A stretch of 64,000 nucleotides of DNA from Chlorokybus atmophyticus (taxonomy: Eukaryota > Plantae > Mesostigma and Chlorokybus algae). Numbering within the stretch: position 1 is the first letter of the stretch; each line of letters begins with the position of its first letter. Below, in pieces: positions 38,711 through 50,546 of the stretch. Position numbers and translations under genes: made by a program. The notes below the pieces were generated by a model, which saw only the letters and a program-made list of their open reading frames with translations, was not told the origin of the DNA and did no database searches. The stretch lies in NCBI GenBank assembly GCA_009103225.1, contig RHPI01003330.1, positions 8,472 to 72,471 on the forward strand, read 5' to 3'.

Positions 38711-40235
38711 NCTAGAACAATGCAATACAAAGTGGACGATGTCAAATGTCGACTTGTATAATGTCATCTTGGATTGAATACAACATGGTTATTTGCTGCA
38801 TTGCTGCATGCATGTAGTGTAACACATGCAGGCAGGCTATGGCGGCGCCATAATCATGTACCACGTACCTAGTAGGTAGGTATGGAGGCTAGGTTCAGCT
38901 GTCTAAGCGTCCGTCATGTCCGTCGTGCATGCGGCTGGTGGCTACGACCGAAGCTGATCTCTTCTTCCTTAGCTTCTCTCCACGCTTTGCAGGTTGATAC
39001 CTCTGTTGTTTTGCACGCTTGCAATAACCAGCTGCCACCATAGCGGTAGTGACTATCGGCTTGACGGTCTTCAGGTCTAGTTGCGTACGTATTTATATTG
39101 AGTGAATAAGGTGTAACCGTTACACCTTATTCACAGAGTGACTCTGTGATTGGCCCCCATTTGATCTTCAGAACTTGCTTGCTTACTTACTTCCTTTGCT
39201 TGTGCACTTTTACCTCTGCCATTCGAATTGGCAACATGCTCTTGTGTGTTATGCACATGTGAAGTCGTGCATTCCTTATCGGAAGCATTTTTTGTATTGA
39301 TATGACAACAAGCACTTATGAGTTTGTAATAAATACCGGTTGTACCACCCATAACATGTGTTACATGCTTTCTCCTCTCCTCCCCTTTGCGTCTCTGCAT
39401 GTGAGGACACAACACATGAAGACCAACCTAGCAGTCAGGGGCAGAGAGCTTTTCCTGCAACATGCATTGTTTTTAGGCATTTTTAAAAGGGAAAACGACA
39501 TTGAAAAAGTTGGCATGACAGTCAATAACAATACGATATTTGCCTGTAAGACATGTATTATGCGATGATAACAGGGTTTTGTGTCCTTGGACTGTTTTTC
39601 GAGCGTCAGTGACAGTGTAATGTCCGTAATACAATTATAACACATCTTTGAACTGACATGTGTTTGGAGGGCGCAATAGACTCCGTATGATTATGCCAAC
39701 GACATATGCTACTTGATAGCGGTGAGTGGGTGCAGTGGGGACGATTTCGGGCGGTTGATCAACTGGCGGTGCCTACTGGACTGTCCGTTAGACAGTGGAC
39801 TGTGTACATGGTAGCAAGTACTGTTTAACGATGTCATGTGAACTTCATTACAATTGTTCGCAAAATTCTAGGGTTGTGCTCCCTTTTTGGGCGGCAATGC
39901 TCCCGTTTTTTGCGTCCAATATGCCGCTTACGCTAAGTGGTTGCTGAGTCATAAGTAGTTCTCGACAATTGATAACAGTCTATTGATATAAAAGATAAGC
40001 CACTTAAATGCATTGATGGGTGCTGAGATGTCATGGATTTTCAAGCACTTAAAACTGATGTACAAGACAATGTATTCAATTGCGATCTTGTTACGTGAGA
40101 TGTCTTTGACAGTTGAGCATTGTACACTGACTGCAAAAGACAAGGCACATAACAGCGCCCTTGTAAAGTGAGATGTCATAGACACCAACGGACTGTGCGA
40201 GGGTGCTTACGACAATAAGCATACAGCTAACTGCT

Positions 40236-41740
40236 CATTTTTCTAACCACATATGCGCATACAAACAAAAGGTGCCTGCATGCTTAAAGTCTAGCACAAT
40301 GTGCACTAAACTTGCTATTGTATCAATGCTAAAGACATCATATGCCTGTTTTGACACACCACGGCACACCGTGGTTGTCCCTCTCAAGCCGCTTCATGCC
40401 GGGCACCGTGTGCTAACGCACCCTCGCCTCCTTGTATCATTTCAGCAACACAAAGCTGTGCTGAACGTTGGCAGCATCTCGCGCCTGGAATAGGAAGCGG
40501 ATTTGTACATACCACTTAAGCCCTCGCCTCCATCAACCATGACGTTAGAGTAGACAGCGCCGCCATGAAACTCCTCTGTGCAGCGCCATGTCTGCACTGT
40601 TATGTCGCCATATGCATTGGCAACTCCTCGGGTATACAGACTCTTGGTTGAGTAAATACGCTCTAGCTGCGCTCACAGCAACTCAATAGCTGCAGTACGG
40701 TGCTAGCTGTGCTGTGCTAGTGTGTACCATGCTGTCCAGAAGTGCAGGGGTAGGCATACCTTGTACCATGAAGATAGCCTGCCGATGTTGTTGCCATCAC
40801 CTTCTGCGTCTTCGTCCGCCATGAGCGCAAGCTTTTGATCAGAAGATACGGGATGCGCCCAAGCTTTGGCCGCCTGCTCAAGAATTGGCGCATGAGGGCC
40901 GGCAGCTGCTCCAGGTCGTCCGTGTCCATGTCTGCGAGCTGCAAAAGTTGTTGCGCTCCAGGCCATTAAGATATCCACTTGTAGCTAATGCAGCAGCCGC
41001 CATGGGATACTTTGTTTGCTTCAGGTTGCAATTGCAGTGCTGCAACTGTTGCAGCTCGTACGACGCAGCAATCATGAGCGCCTGATTGCGAGAGACATGC
41101 TGCACATTCTGCTTGCCCACATCTTTTGTGTGGCATGCCCTGCAGCAACGTGGCAACAGTGCAGTCAGCAACATTATGATGCATACAGCACTCAAGTGCA
41201 GCATTCTGCAGCTGTTTGTAGCATGTACCTCTAGGGGGTCTTCGCAACTTGTTGATGCTTCTTCTCTCCAGGGTTGGCGGTGTACTCATGAGCGGAGCCC
41301 GTTAGCTATATATAGTATGGAAAGCAACTGCACCAATGAAGCTTCCACGTGCGCCATGCGGCTGTTTGGTGTATGGCAAAGTGGGCTTTGAGTAAGTCCG
41401 CACATATGACCCACTTCTTGTGAATGAGGCTTATATCATCATCAGAGTATCCATCCGCTTCATGGCGCACCACCGGTAGAAATGGGTTTCGGCAAGTTAG
41501 GCTAGATCCGCAACTTTGTAATGGACGGAGCCGGACATAAACTGCGGATTTTGTAAAGTTTGTAAACTCATGGCGGATCCGTATATATGTTATGACTGTA
41601 GCCGAAATATTGTTACAACCTGTCACAAACGGCACTCCGCCGGTGACAAGCGTAAGCACCGAATCTGTACCTATTCGCGTGCTCGCCTCAACCACTTCCT
41701 TTGAACATTCACCTCCTTGATCTTGCTTGAGACGCACTAC
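40236..41740 (-). mobile_element. Degenerate Plavaka/CACTA(EnSpm)-like transposase pseudogene
   Basis: Across frameshifts and stops: KLHW...EYTANPGEKKHQQVAK (E-x-x-H...K motif), then FHGGAVYSNVMV, WYVQIRFLF, FVLLK*YK, and YDVFSIDTIASLVHIVLDF...F. This order matches my recollection of Plavaka/CMC transposase C-terminal motifs. One apparent GT-AG intron at about 40692-40759. No element ends were found. Confidence 0.6.
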
Positions 41741-42575
41741 TGCAGGTATTGCGTCTGTTGTTATGCTTGTGCCTTTGCTTTATCTTGTTGCAGTTGCTTG
41801 TGTCTTTGTTGCCGACTACGTCGTAAGTCGTGTCTTGCTCGTACGCTCTTTGTGTTTATGGCCTCTGTCGTTGGATTGTTGGTGTTGTTGCTGTTAAGCT
41901 AACATTAACATTGAGCTCTTATGGCGAGCTGACTGTCACTTGTGTGATATGCAGATTCCGCTGCTTATAACATTGGTTGGCCGGTTGTACTATTCCAGGT
42001 GGAGCTCCTCCTTTCTACAGGTTTGTTCAAAGTCCTCCACATCATGCGCATGCTATGCGAACGCATGGCAAGCTATCCTCATGTTGTTGTTTAGGTGATG
42101 TTGCTGTCACAGTGCTAGCATGTGGGAAGGGCGCAGTTGGATAAGAGCAAAGCAGGTACACACTGTGCCGATCTGTGCTGTTGCTTGCATGCAGTCTATG
42201 TGCACACACTCTCCCATGTTCAATGTGCAAAGTAGTTGTGTGCATGCTGAATTGGGCCCTAAGACTTGCTAACACACATTGTAACACTTACTCACTTATT
42301 GCTTTCAGGCGTGCAGGCGCTTATGCGTATAGGCGTGTGCACATATGCACGCGCGTGTGCCGGCACTCATGTTGGTGTCATTGTGTGAAGTGAGTGTTGG
42401 CGCTGTGTGTGGCGCATGTGTGTTTGCATATGCATGTATGCAATCCCCCTTATGGCATCTTTTGCACACACACGCACACACAAGCATAATGTGTTGTAGT
42501 GGATTGCATGCTCGGCGGTTTTGCAATACACAACAGCATTTCGCATGTTTCCACGCAAATTCTTCTCGCCCCCGA

Positions 42576-43205
42576 GGAGTGAAGTAAAGGTGGTGAAGCT
42601 GGACGGGACGCGAGCCCCTGCTGCTACGGTAGCTGCTTTCGTCACTTGCTCGCTCGTAGGTGAGGTTGGAGGTTGGGCTACAGCTGCTGAGGTCCCCTTG
42701 TCTATTGGCAAGAACAGGGTGGCCTGCTTATACAGCTGATGCGAGGGTGAAACTTTCACCCTCTTGAAGTGTATGAAGGGTAGAGTGTTCATGCTCTACG
42801 AAGCTATTGTAATGCTACCACGCAATACACTAGTGCTCGTGCGCACTACGTGATGACGATGATAACAATGCACTACGATGTATCCAACTACCAGCTGCAC
42901 ACTTCTGATATGCAGAATGCAACCACACTCATTTTAGCAAAGAGGGTGACACCGTAACTCAACAAGCCACTACTATAGGTAGTCCTGTTTACACAGTTCT
43001 TTGCATGAGTGGAAAATGTGTTACATTGTTAAGTGAGGTGAACGAGCAAGCAAAACGTGGATGATATGCCCTAGCTGATGCCAACAAGCACACCAAGCTC
43101 GTAGCAGTGACAAGCACAGGGCACAAGAGCATGCACAGGCTCTCACACGGTGAGAGGATGTTTGAGAACCAGGACGGCGTGTTTTGTAGTTCAAGTCGCT
43201 TCACA
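42576..43205 (+). repeat. Left arm of a ~630-bp diverged inverted repeat (partner 44355-44977)
   Basis: Hand alignment to the reverse complement of 44355-44977 shows long matching blocks, e.g. GGTGAGGTTGGAGGTTGGGCT and AGCAAAGAGGGTGACAC...CAACAAGCCACTACTATAGGTAGT...ATGTGTTACA. Identity is roughly 80-85% by eye. Confidence 0.9.
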
Positions 43206-43343
43206 GGACGGCGTGTCTTTGTGTACATGAGTATGCACACATGCGTATGTGTGAACGTTGCATCAGTATGGTACATGCGAACAGGCGTGTAACTTCACAC
43301 GCATGAGAGGCACTCAAATAATGGTGCACAATCACCAAGCACA

Positions 43344-44092
43344 TCACTCTCTATCATCGCCTTGCTCGTCATAATGGAACAAAGCACCTCGCGCTTGGGC
43401 CTGTAGAGGAGACGCCGGAGCTTGCTCTTCCTCCTCCTCGAACGGTGACGCCAGCCAATCAAATGCCGCTTCTGCCTCAGCGAACGGGTCACGAGCAGAC
43501 GTCTCTAGCGGCCGGCGCCGATTGGGATCTTTCAAACATTCGACACAAGATGCAATGCGGCGTTTCACAAGGGTGAATGGTTGGAGCGCTGCGCACCGTT
43601 GCCTCATCTCCTGCTTCATTTACATGATCATGGTGTTGATTTCGCTAAGGTACTCTTCGTGTGTGTCGATGCTGGCAGCTAGGAGAGGGTCTCCATCTTT
43701 GCCCTTTGGGATGCGCTCCACCTGCGTAGTTTACAGGCATATCTTAGTGGCATTGAAAGCCACTATTCACTGCAGCGCGTCTGCAAGCCTGTAGTTTGGG
43801 GCTACAGCATTCCTGAATTGCTAGTGATTGAGTTTGGAGTGCTCACCGTAAGCAACATGTATGCGAGGTGAATGACTGTCAGCTGCCGGCGATCAGGTGT
43901 AGTGACGGCGTAAAACCAGCATTGCACGATCATTTGCCAGATTATGGGATTGCCCCATTCATGGATGTATCTCCTCCCCTCCAGGTCTGCATTGTCGATC
44001 ACCTCAAATTGTCATGTCATGCCTGGTGCCCACACATACCAGCCTTCATCGGGCATGTCTACATCCAAACCAGCGCCCGGCCTATCGACATA
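43344..44092 (-). pseudogene. Spliced orphan pseudogene enclosed by the inverted repeat
   Basis: Two exons join in phase 0 across a GTGAGC...ACGCAG intron (43722-43846): ...EGWYVWAPGMT*QFEVIDNADLEGRRYIHEWGNP...YMLLT|VERIPKGKDG...NTMIM*MKQEMRQ... with in-frame stops at 44012-14 and 43620-22. Confidence 0.55.
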
Positions 44093-44354
44093 CCAACGCG
44101 CGCGCGACCCTGACTAGTAGCTAGGTCATGACTTCAGGGTAGCTCACGACCATAGCCTACATAGGCACCGCGCGTAGCTGTTCAGTTGTGAGTTTAGCTA
44201 TAAGTTGTGTTCTATATCGAGTGACAATCGCTGTGGAAATAGCCTCGATATGACCGTTAGCTTATGTTCTGAACAGCCATAGTTTGACTTGTATAAGTAG
44301 TCACAGTGTTCACCGGATCAGCTGGTGACACTGTGAGTGAGAAAGCTAAGAGCT

Positions 44355-44977
44355 TGTGAAACAACTTGTACTACGAACACGCCATCCCGGTTACCAAGAA
44401 CCCCCTCACGGTGTGAGAGCCTGTGCATGCTCGTGTGTGCATCGTGCTTGTCATCACTGTGGGCTTGGTGTGCTCGGTTGCAGTGTGCTCGTTGGCATCA
44501 GTCAGGGCACAGTATCCACGTGTTGCTTGCTCATTCACCTCACTTAACAGTGTAACACATTTTCCGCTCATGCAAAGAACTGTGTAAACAGCACTACCTA
44601 TAGTAGTGGCTTGTTGACTCACAGTGTCACCCTCTTTGCTCAAGTGAGTGCGTTGCATCCTGCATCAGATAGTGCAGTCTGTATCTGGGACACCTCCCTG
44701 GGCATTCGTTATCACTGTCATTACATAGTGCGCACATAAGCACCAGTCTGGTGAGTTGTAGCGGCATCGAGACAGGCGATAGAGCACAAACACTCTACCC
44801 TGCATACACTTTCACCTTTGGACTAGCTGTATGAGCAGGCCCACCACGTTCTCTCCAATAGTTGAGGGTGACCTCAGCAGCTGGAGCCCAACCTCCAACC
44901 TCACCAACGAGCGAACCAGCGACGGGAGCAACGATCGTAGCAGCAGAGGCTCACGTGCTATCTCCGACTTCACTCCA
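44355..44977 (-). repeat. Right arm of the inverted repeat (partner 42576-43205)
   Basis: Same alignment as the left arm. The repeat family is unidentified and no TSD was seen. Confidence 0.9.
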
Positions 44978-45995
44978 TTCCTGTCCACTCCACGGCTGTC
45001 CACTCCACGGCTTTAAAACCTTCACATGCACGCGAGCTTGATGCCATATAAACTTGTACACGCGCCATCGCATGCTGATACGCCTCGCGTTGTGCTTGTG
45101 CCACCGCTTGAGTATGATGAAGCTCTTCCCTCAATGCTAAGATGGCAGCTTGAAGCTCTTCCATGAGAAAATCCTCCATTTCCACAAACACACTACACTC
45201 CGCTTCCGAATGAAAAGTGCAATAGCCCACACACTTCCTCTCGTACCTTCGTAAACCGTGCTCCGATACTCGTTGTGACGGTGCTCGTGTGCACGCATGT
45301 TAACATAATTGCATCCCAACGTATATACTATTGCATTGAATGGTTAACCAGCTCAGATTGTAATAGTCGAGGCCAAGTTTTATGATTTTAAACCTTTTAT
45401 GGCCCATTTATTGAGCACCACGTTTTCATGACTTGTGGCAGATATCGCGAGGTATGAGTCTGCCGCGGATATCGACCGGGGCCCCAGGACCAGTCCGGAA
45501 GGTGCCAAAAAACGGAGGGCCAGTCGATAAGGGCTCGACCAGACATCTGAAGGGCATGGCGCCAAGTATAACTTTAATATATCAGCACCTAATCAGGAGA
45601 TTTTTGGTGCGTAAGAAAAGTCTAGAAGTATAGTACAAGGTTCTGCAATAACATCTTAGCATCTAATTTTGTGTAGCACGGAATCGTCTAGACAGTAGCA
45701 TGTGCAGACTGATAGATTTAAAATCGACGTACTACAATGTGTAATACAACCTTTAGCTCCTTAGATTCTGGTGTGCAAGCTTGGTGGTGGTTAGCAGGGG
45801 TTACTAGCGTGTGTCCACTAGTGTGTGCTTGCTTGTGTGGCGATCCAAGGCGCTTCATAAGTCGGTGTGTAGCCTCGAGTGCGTGCGCGTGCGTATGCGA
45901 GTGGCGGGGCGCGCGCGTGTGCTTGGCAGAGGGGGCAAGGTTCCGGTATGAATATCGTGTCTTGGTGAGAGGCTTGCTGATTGGACCAACTCATA

Positions 45996-46365
45996 GGTGA
46001 CAAGGCACAAGCACCGTCACATTAGACTTAAGACGAGCGGTGTGCGCAAGTTGCTACCCAAGTGGCTGGGGCCGTTTACTAACTCCGCCGTTATTGGCGA
46101 GCGCGCTTGTATTGTCAAAGGGTATGCGTGAGCACAATGTGTTTCATGAAGCACTTTTAGAGCCATACAAAAGTGATGGCCCAGTGCAGCCGCCTCCACC
46201 TCCAGTTGAGTTAGCGGGTGACCTTAGATACAAGGTTGAGGCCGTGGCTGGCAAGCGGTTTTGAAAGTACAAGAAAAGCTTTTAGATCAGCTATGTTATT
46301 AAGTGGCTTAGTTAAGGCGAAGAGCATAACACTTGGGAGCTAATATCTATCTTGACAAACTGTGC
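45996..46365 (+). mobile_element. Chromoviral Ty3/gypsy LTR retrotransposon remnant (integrase C-terminus and chromodomain)
   Basis: IRLKTSGVRKLLPKWLGPF; HNVFHEALLEPYKSDGPVQPPPPP; chromodomain YKVEAVAGKR...YVIKWL..GEEHNTWE...LTNC, with stops and frameshifts. Confidence 0.88.
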
Positions 46366-48549
46366 TATCAAGTTCGGCGAGTTCGAGAGTGTACTCAAAT
46401 CCACAGGTGCCGCTTGAAAGCTTGTGCTCGGTTGCAACTCATTCATGTGCAACTTTCTCTTTATATGCGACATGCCGACAAGCGCGCATTGGTACTCAGT
46501 ATTAGAGTTGGTTGACACTCTCGCAACTTGCATTTACTTTACGCGATTTGTGCGGTAATTCAGTAGGGCTAGCCACCATTGGTGACAAGTATTGTGCGGG
46601 ACACGAGTCCCGTTTTTTGCAGCATGAAAGTTGCAATGCAATTGGGGAGGAATGTCACACCCAATGGGCCGGCGAAGATTACTCTTTGTTCCTTGCTTAT
46701 GTGGTAGTTTGAGGAACCAAGTGAGGATTCCGCATGCCATGGTGTAGCACTTGGCATGTGTGCTTATGCGGTCAGTTTCTGTTTACGTAGTCGCTAGGGC
46801 TACATAGCTGCACAAGGCATTGTATATTAGCACGCACAGCGCTGATGTGTGCCATATGTTCTGCATGATTTGTGGAGTGCCAGTGCAGTGACACCGTGGC
46901 AGGATACGTACTGAAAGTGGCAAAGCGCAGATTCGTCATGCGATTTGCCAGTATGATGCGTTCGGACAACACAGGACAACACTGGACGGATTGGCATTTT
47001 GTCAATACTTGTCCTGTGGTTGACAATCTCGAGGTTTGATATTTTCGAGGATGATGTCGTGTGATGGGACACGTCCTATGTAGACATAGTCAGCATGTGC
47101 TGGAAGGTCAGCACACGATGACAAGGCCTTGGGCCTTGAAAGTCTTGTGTGCCAGGTCGGGAGAGCGGCAAGTGGTACATATGCTCAGTAACAACCTTGA
47201 GTAGGGATCAAAGCGTGTTCATCACTTAAGGGCCACTTGTGTAGGGGGTGCCTGGCTGTAGCTGTTGAAGAGCCTCTCCCCCTCATCCCTTGCGGGGTGT
47301 GTGTGGCGCGTTTGTGGGTGGCTGCACTTGTGTGTGTGGGAGCTGCTGGAGGGCTGGCGCTCATCCTCTCCTACCCGACTTTGGTAATGTGTCTTTCCTC
47401 CACGAGGTACTTCGGGGTGTGTTGTGCATAAGTCCTTTGTGCTGGTGCGCAAGTTGGTGAGGCTCACTACTAGGTAAGTGAGTAGTATTGTAACAAAGGT
47501 TCAGCAAACAGCTCTGTACAAGTTAAATAAACACTTTCAGCACACAAAAAAGATAGTAATATAATATGTGAGATATGATTGCAAACTCAACTGCTCATAT
47601 TATTACACAACCGCCATCACGATGTACGATATATAAAAAAGCATATGAAAAATCTAGATACAAATGCAACTTCATAGCTATGAATTGCATTTTAATTGGC
47701 ATGTCACATAAGATGCTTGAAACGTGATACAATAGAAGGCCCCCCTGGGAGCAATCCCCAGAAAACAACATTAATACATCGTAATACAAGAATTATTGCG
47801 CAAACAGTTACAAGCCACATAATCATAAATCAACTGGTTAAAGATGTGAGCTACACCATGTAGCGGGTACGCCTCATGCGACAACCACATTTGGGCTTAT
47901 CTGCAGCAAGATGCGATTTTGATCGGTGTATTCTACACAAACATAATGTGCACGTGCCAAACACACAAGTTCATTCTATGCAAGCGTTGTGTGCATTCAG
48001 CGCAACAAACAGCATTGCAATTGGAATTGGGGTGCACAATGCAGTGCCTGTCAAGCACCCGATGTGTTGTGACTTTGACAACGCAGGCTTGCATGTATGT
48101 GAAGGCGCCGCAGTAGCAAACTACATTGACCACGTGCGTGTGGCTGCAATTGCGCGCTGTGTTGCACACTAGAGCCTGCATGCATCACGCTGTCTTTCAT
48201 AAAAGGCATTCCTACTGACAGTACGCTGCCACTGCCACACGGTGCGGCCCACACCACGGGGTGCTGACAATAGGAAATCTCGGCGCGCACACGTAGACCG
48301 GGAAGGGGGCGCGCGACCGGGCCAAAGGGCGCGGCATTTTGCCGTGCACAGCCGGCAAACATGGGCCTCCATTGGGCGCCCGTTGGGCCTTATTCATGTA
48401 TTGTCGCTGAGTAATGTACCCTACCAAAGGTTGCAAGGGTCCCTTCTATTCGGGGTAGGTGCCTCAATTGTCATACTTGCTGTATACAGTAGGGTACCCC
48501 TTCACTTGGTTCCCTGTGAACTGTTGCACTAAGACGCGTTTTGACCGTC

Positions 48550-48870
48550 GCTTCGGAAGCCTAGTCCATCCAACACAAGTTGGCCCAGCGAGCGAGCCAT
48601 ACAAAATCTCGATGTGAACTTGGCTGCTTTACACGCAATAGGTCAATCAAACGCCGCAACAAACAACAACGATTGCGATGCGAGCGGTCGCCTAGCCTAC
48701 TAGGGCAGATCTTTCGGCAACAATGTCAAGAATCCCGGTAACAACTGACCCTGTGCTGGGTGGACCTCGTACTACGCGCCTGGTTTACTAACCACGCGAG
48801 CGCGAGTTTGCGGGCCGGTTCGTCACTCCAGTTGTAGGTCGGTTCGGATTGAGATTGACGGTCAGCTGCC
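48550..48870 (-). mobile_element. Possible decayed Myb/SANT-like ORF of PIF/Harbinger type
   Basis: YNWSDEPARKLALAWLVNQ, then in another frame IACKAAKFTSRFCMAR. Weak motif resemblance only. Confidence 0.25.
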
Positions 48871-50362
48871 TTAGTAAGAGCATGATCGCTTGCTGATCGT
48901 CCTGACCATCAAACGAGAAAGCCCGTAAGAAACATTTCCTTGCACGTATGCATGGCTAAGATGCTCAAGATTATCGACAAATACAAATACAAATATTACC
49001 CCTTGTCGATGGGGTTCTTGAATGGTCGTGCTGGTTGTTGCTGTGTTGTCATGGTACAGGTTGCTGTAGTGCAGCACTTAATGTTATGATGTACCGCACC
49101 ATATTATGTAAACCATATCTGTAGCATCTAATATGTAATTATATTGCAATTAACATGCCTTGAGGGCAACTCGTGTACAAAGTCATGACATTGTGCTTGT
49201 ATGTAAAGTCGCAATATTGCAGAAGAATGCACCATTACCCAACATCAATCATGCTGTTGATATATGAGTTCAAGTTACATTTGTGTATGCTGATAAATTG
49301 CATTTAACAATACTATTACCTATGTCCTCAGCTCTCATATTGCATCTATGCCTTTTTTCTTATGTTGTTTGCTATATAATGCACTTAACATTGGTCACGC
49401 TTTTTAATGTATACTTGCAAGCAAAAATTACATCATGCGTATGCAGGTAAGGTTGCATATAAAATTATTATGTATTATCATAATGTCCTCAGCATTCATA
49501 TTGCATTTAGGCGTCACTCTTATGCTGTCAGCAAAGTATGCATATATACACGTACATGGCATGAAACTTTTCATGTTAAAATTTATTAATGCTACGAATC
49601 ACAATATGCACAACATCAATCGCTATAGTGTTTTGTCGTTGTGAATATATCTGTTACGACAAGGTCCGGCCATCCAAGCCATAAAAACTCATGGTTGGGT
49701 TGATGGCTATTTTTTTTCATGTATTACGCCCAGCTTCTTGGCTGCCGTAACAATATTTGTGCATTATCATAATATATACGCTAGAACGGATTCCACGTTG
49801 TACCATGCAACGTTTAACGAATTTTGCAATTGTGCAATGACAATCTTGAAGACAATGCATCCGTTCAGTGTTATGTAATATGTCTTACTTAAGTGGCAAC
49901 GTGTAGTAAATTCAACCATAACAATTTAAAAATAATGTACATCAGTAATTTACATTTATATAAACATGCTGAATGTTTTCTCATCTTACATATAGGACAA
50001 ATGTGAATAATGACATTTATCCTATATATAACACCATTGACGTATATTGTACCCTTATTATGCAAAATAAGAGCACATGATAAATTTAATACATTGCGCA
50101 TATGTATAATTTGTATTAACTGTCAACGCTATCAACACGCCGCATGTTCCCTATACGGTATGCATAACACCAATGCACGTATAATGCTTGCTTTTATTAA
50201 CTACTATGATTGGCGCTATAAGGCGTAACAATTTAAAATTAATAATTATTTATGTTACAATACTTATATCGACTTATTCCGCACACGCATTATCGCGTTA
50301 ACCTTCCCATCGAAGAGGACGCACTCTATAATAGACATATGTATACATTATAGACATATGTA

Positions 50363-50546
50363 TACCGTAGTGCCACGAACTGTTCGTTACATTAAGTCGA
50401 TAAATCAATGTGTAAGGGCCATTTTCGAACTGAAAACGCCCCTTTTTGGACGCACTGGATGACTGCATAGTTTCGTGGGGTTTACGGAAAAAAAAACCTA
50501 TATATCTTTTCGGCGCTCGTCACGAACAACTCGAAGCACTACGGTA
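50363..50546. mobile_element. Small Tc1/mariner-type MITE (180 bp plus TA duplication)
   Basis: The left end TA|CCGTAGTGCCACGAACTGTTCGTTAC pairs with the reverse-complemented right end TA|CCGTAGTGCTTCGAGTTGTTCGTGAC; 21/26 TIR positions match. Confidence 0.7.

Noticed and set aside
44100-45230. Gag/integrase identity for the minus-strand frames around the right repeat arm
   Set aside because: Only vague resemblance (a coiled-coil start, GVFVVQ); no convincing retroelement motif.
48416-48497. GTACCCTAC...GTAGGGTAC 9-bp inverted repeat as a mini-MITE
   Set aside because: The repeat does not extend and is compatible with chance.
49100-50300. AT-rich block as an organellar insertion, viral DNA or Harbinger nuclease gene
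   Set aside because: No organellar gene, viral hallmark or DDE motif could be read in any frame I tried. It is most likely decayed repeat DNA.
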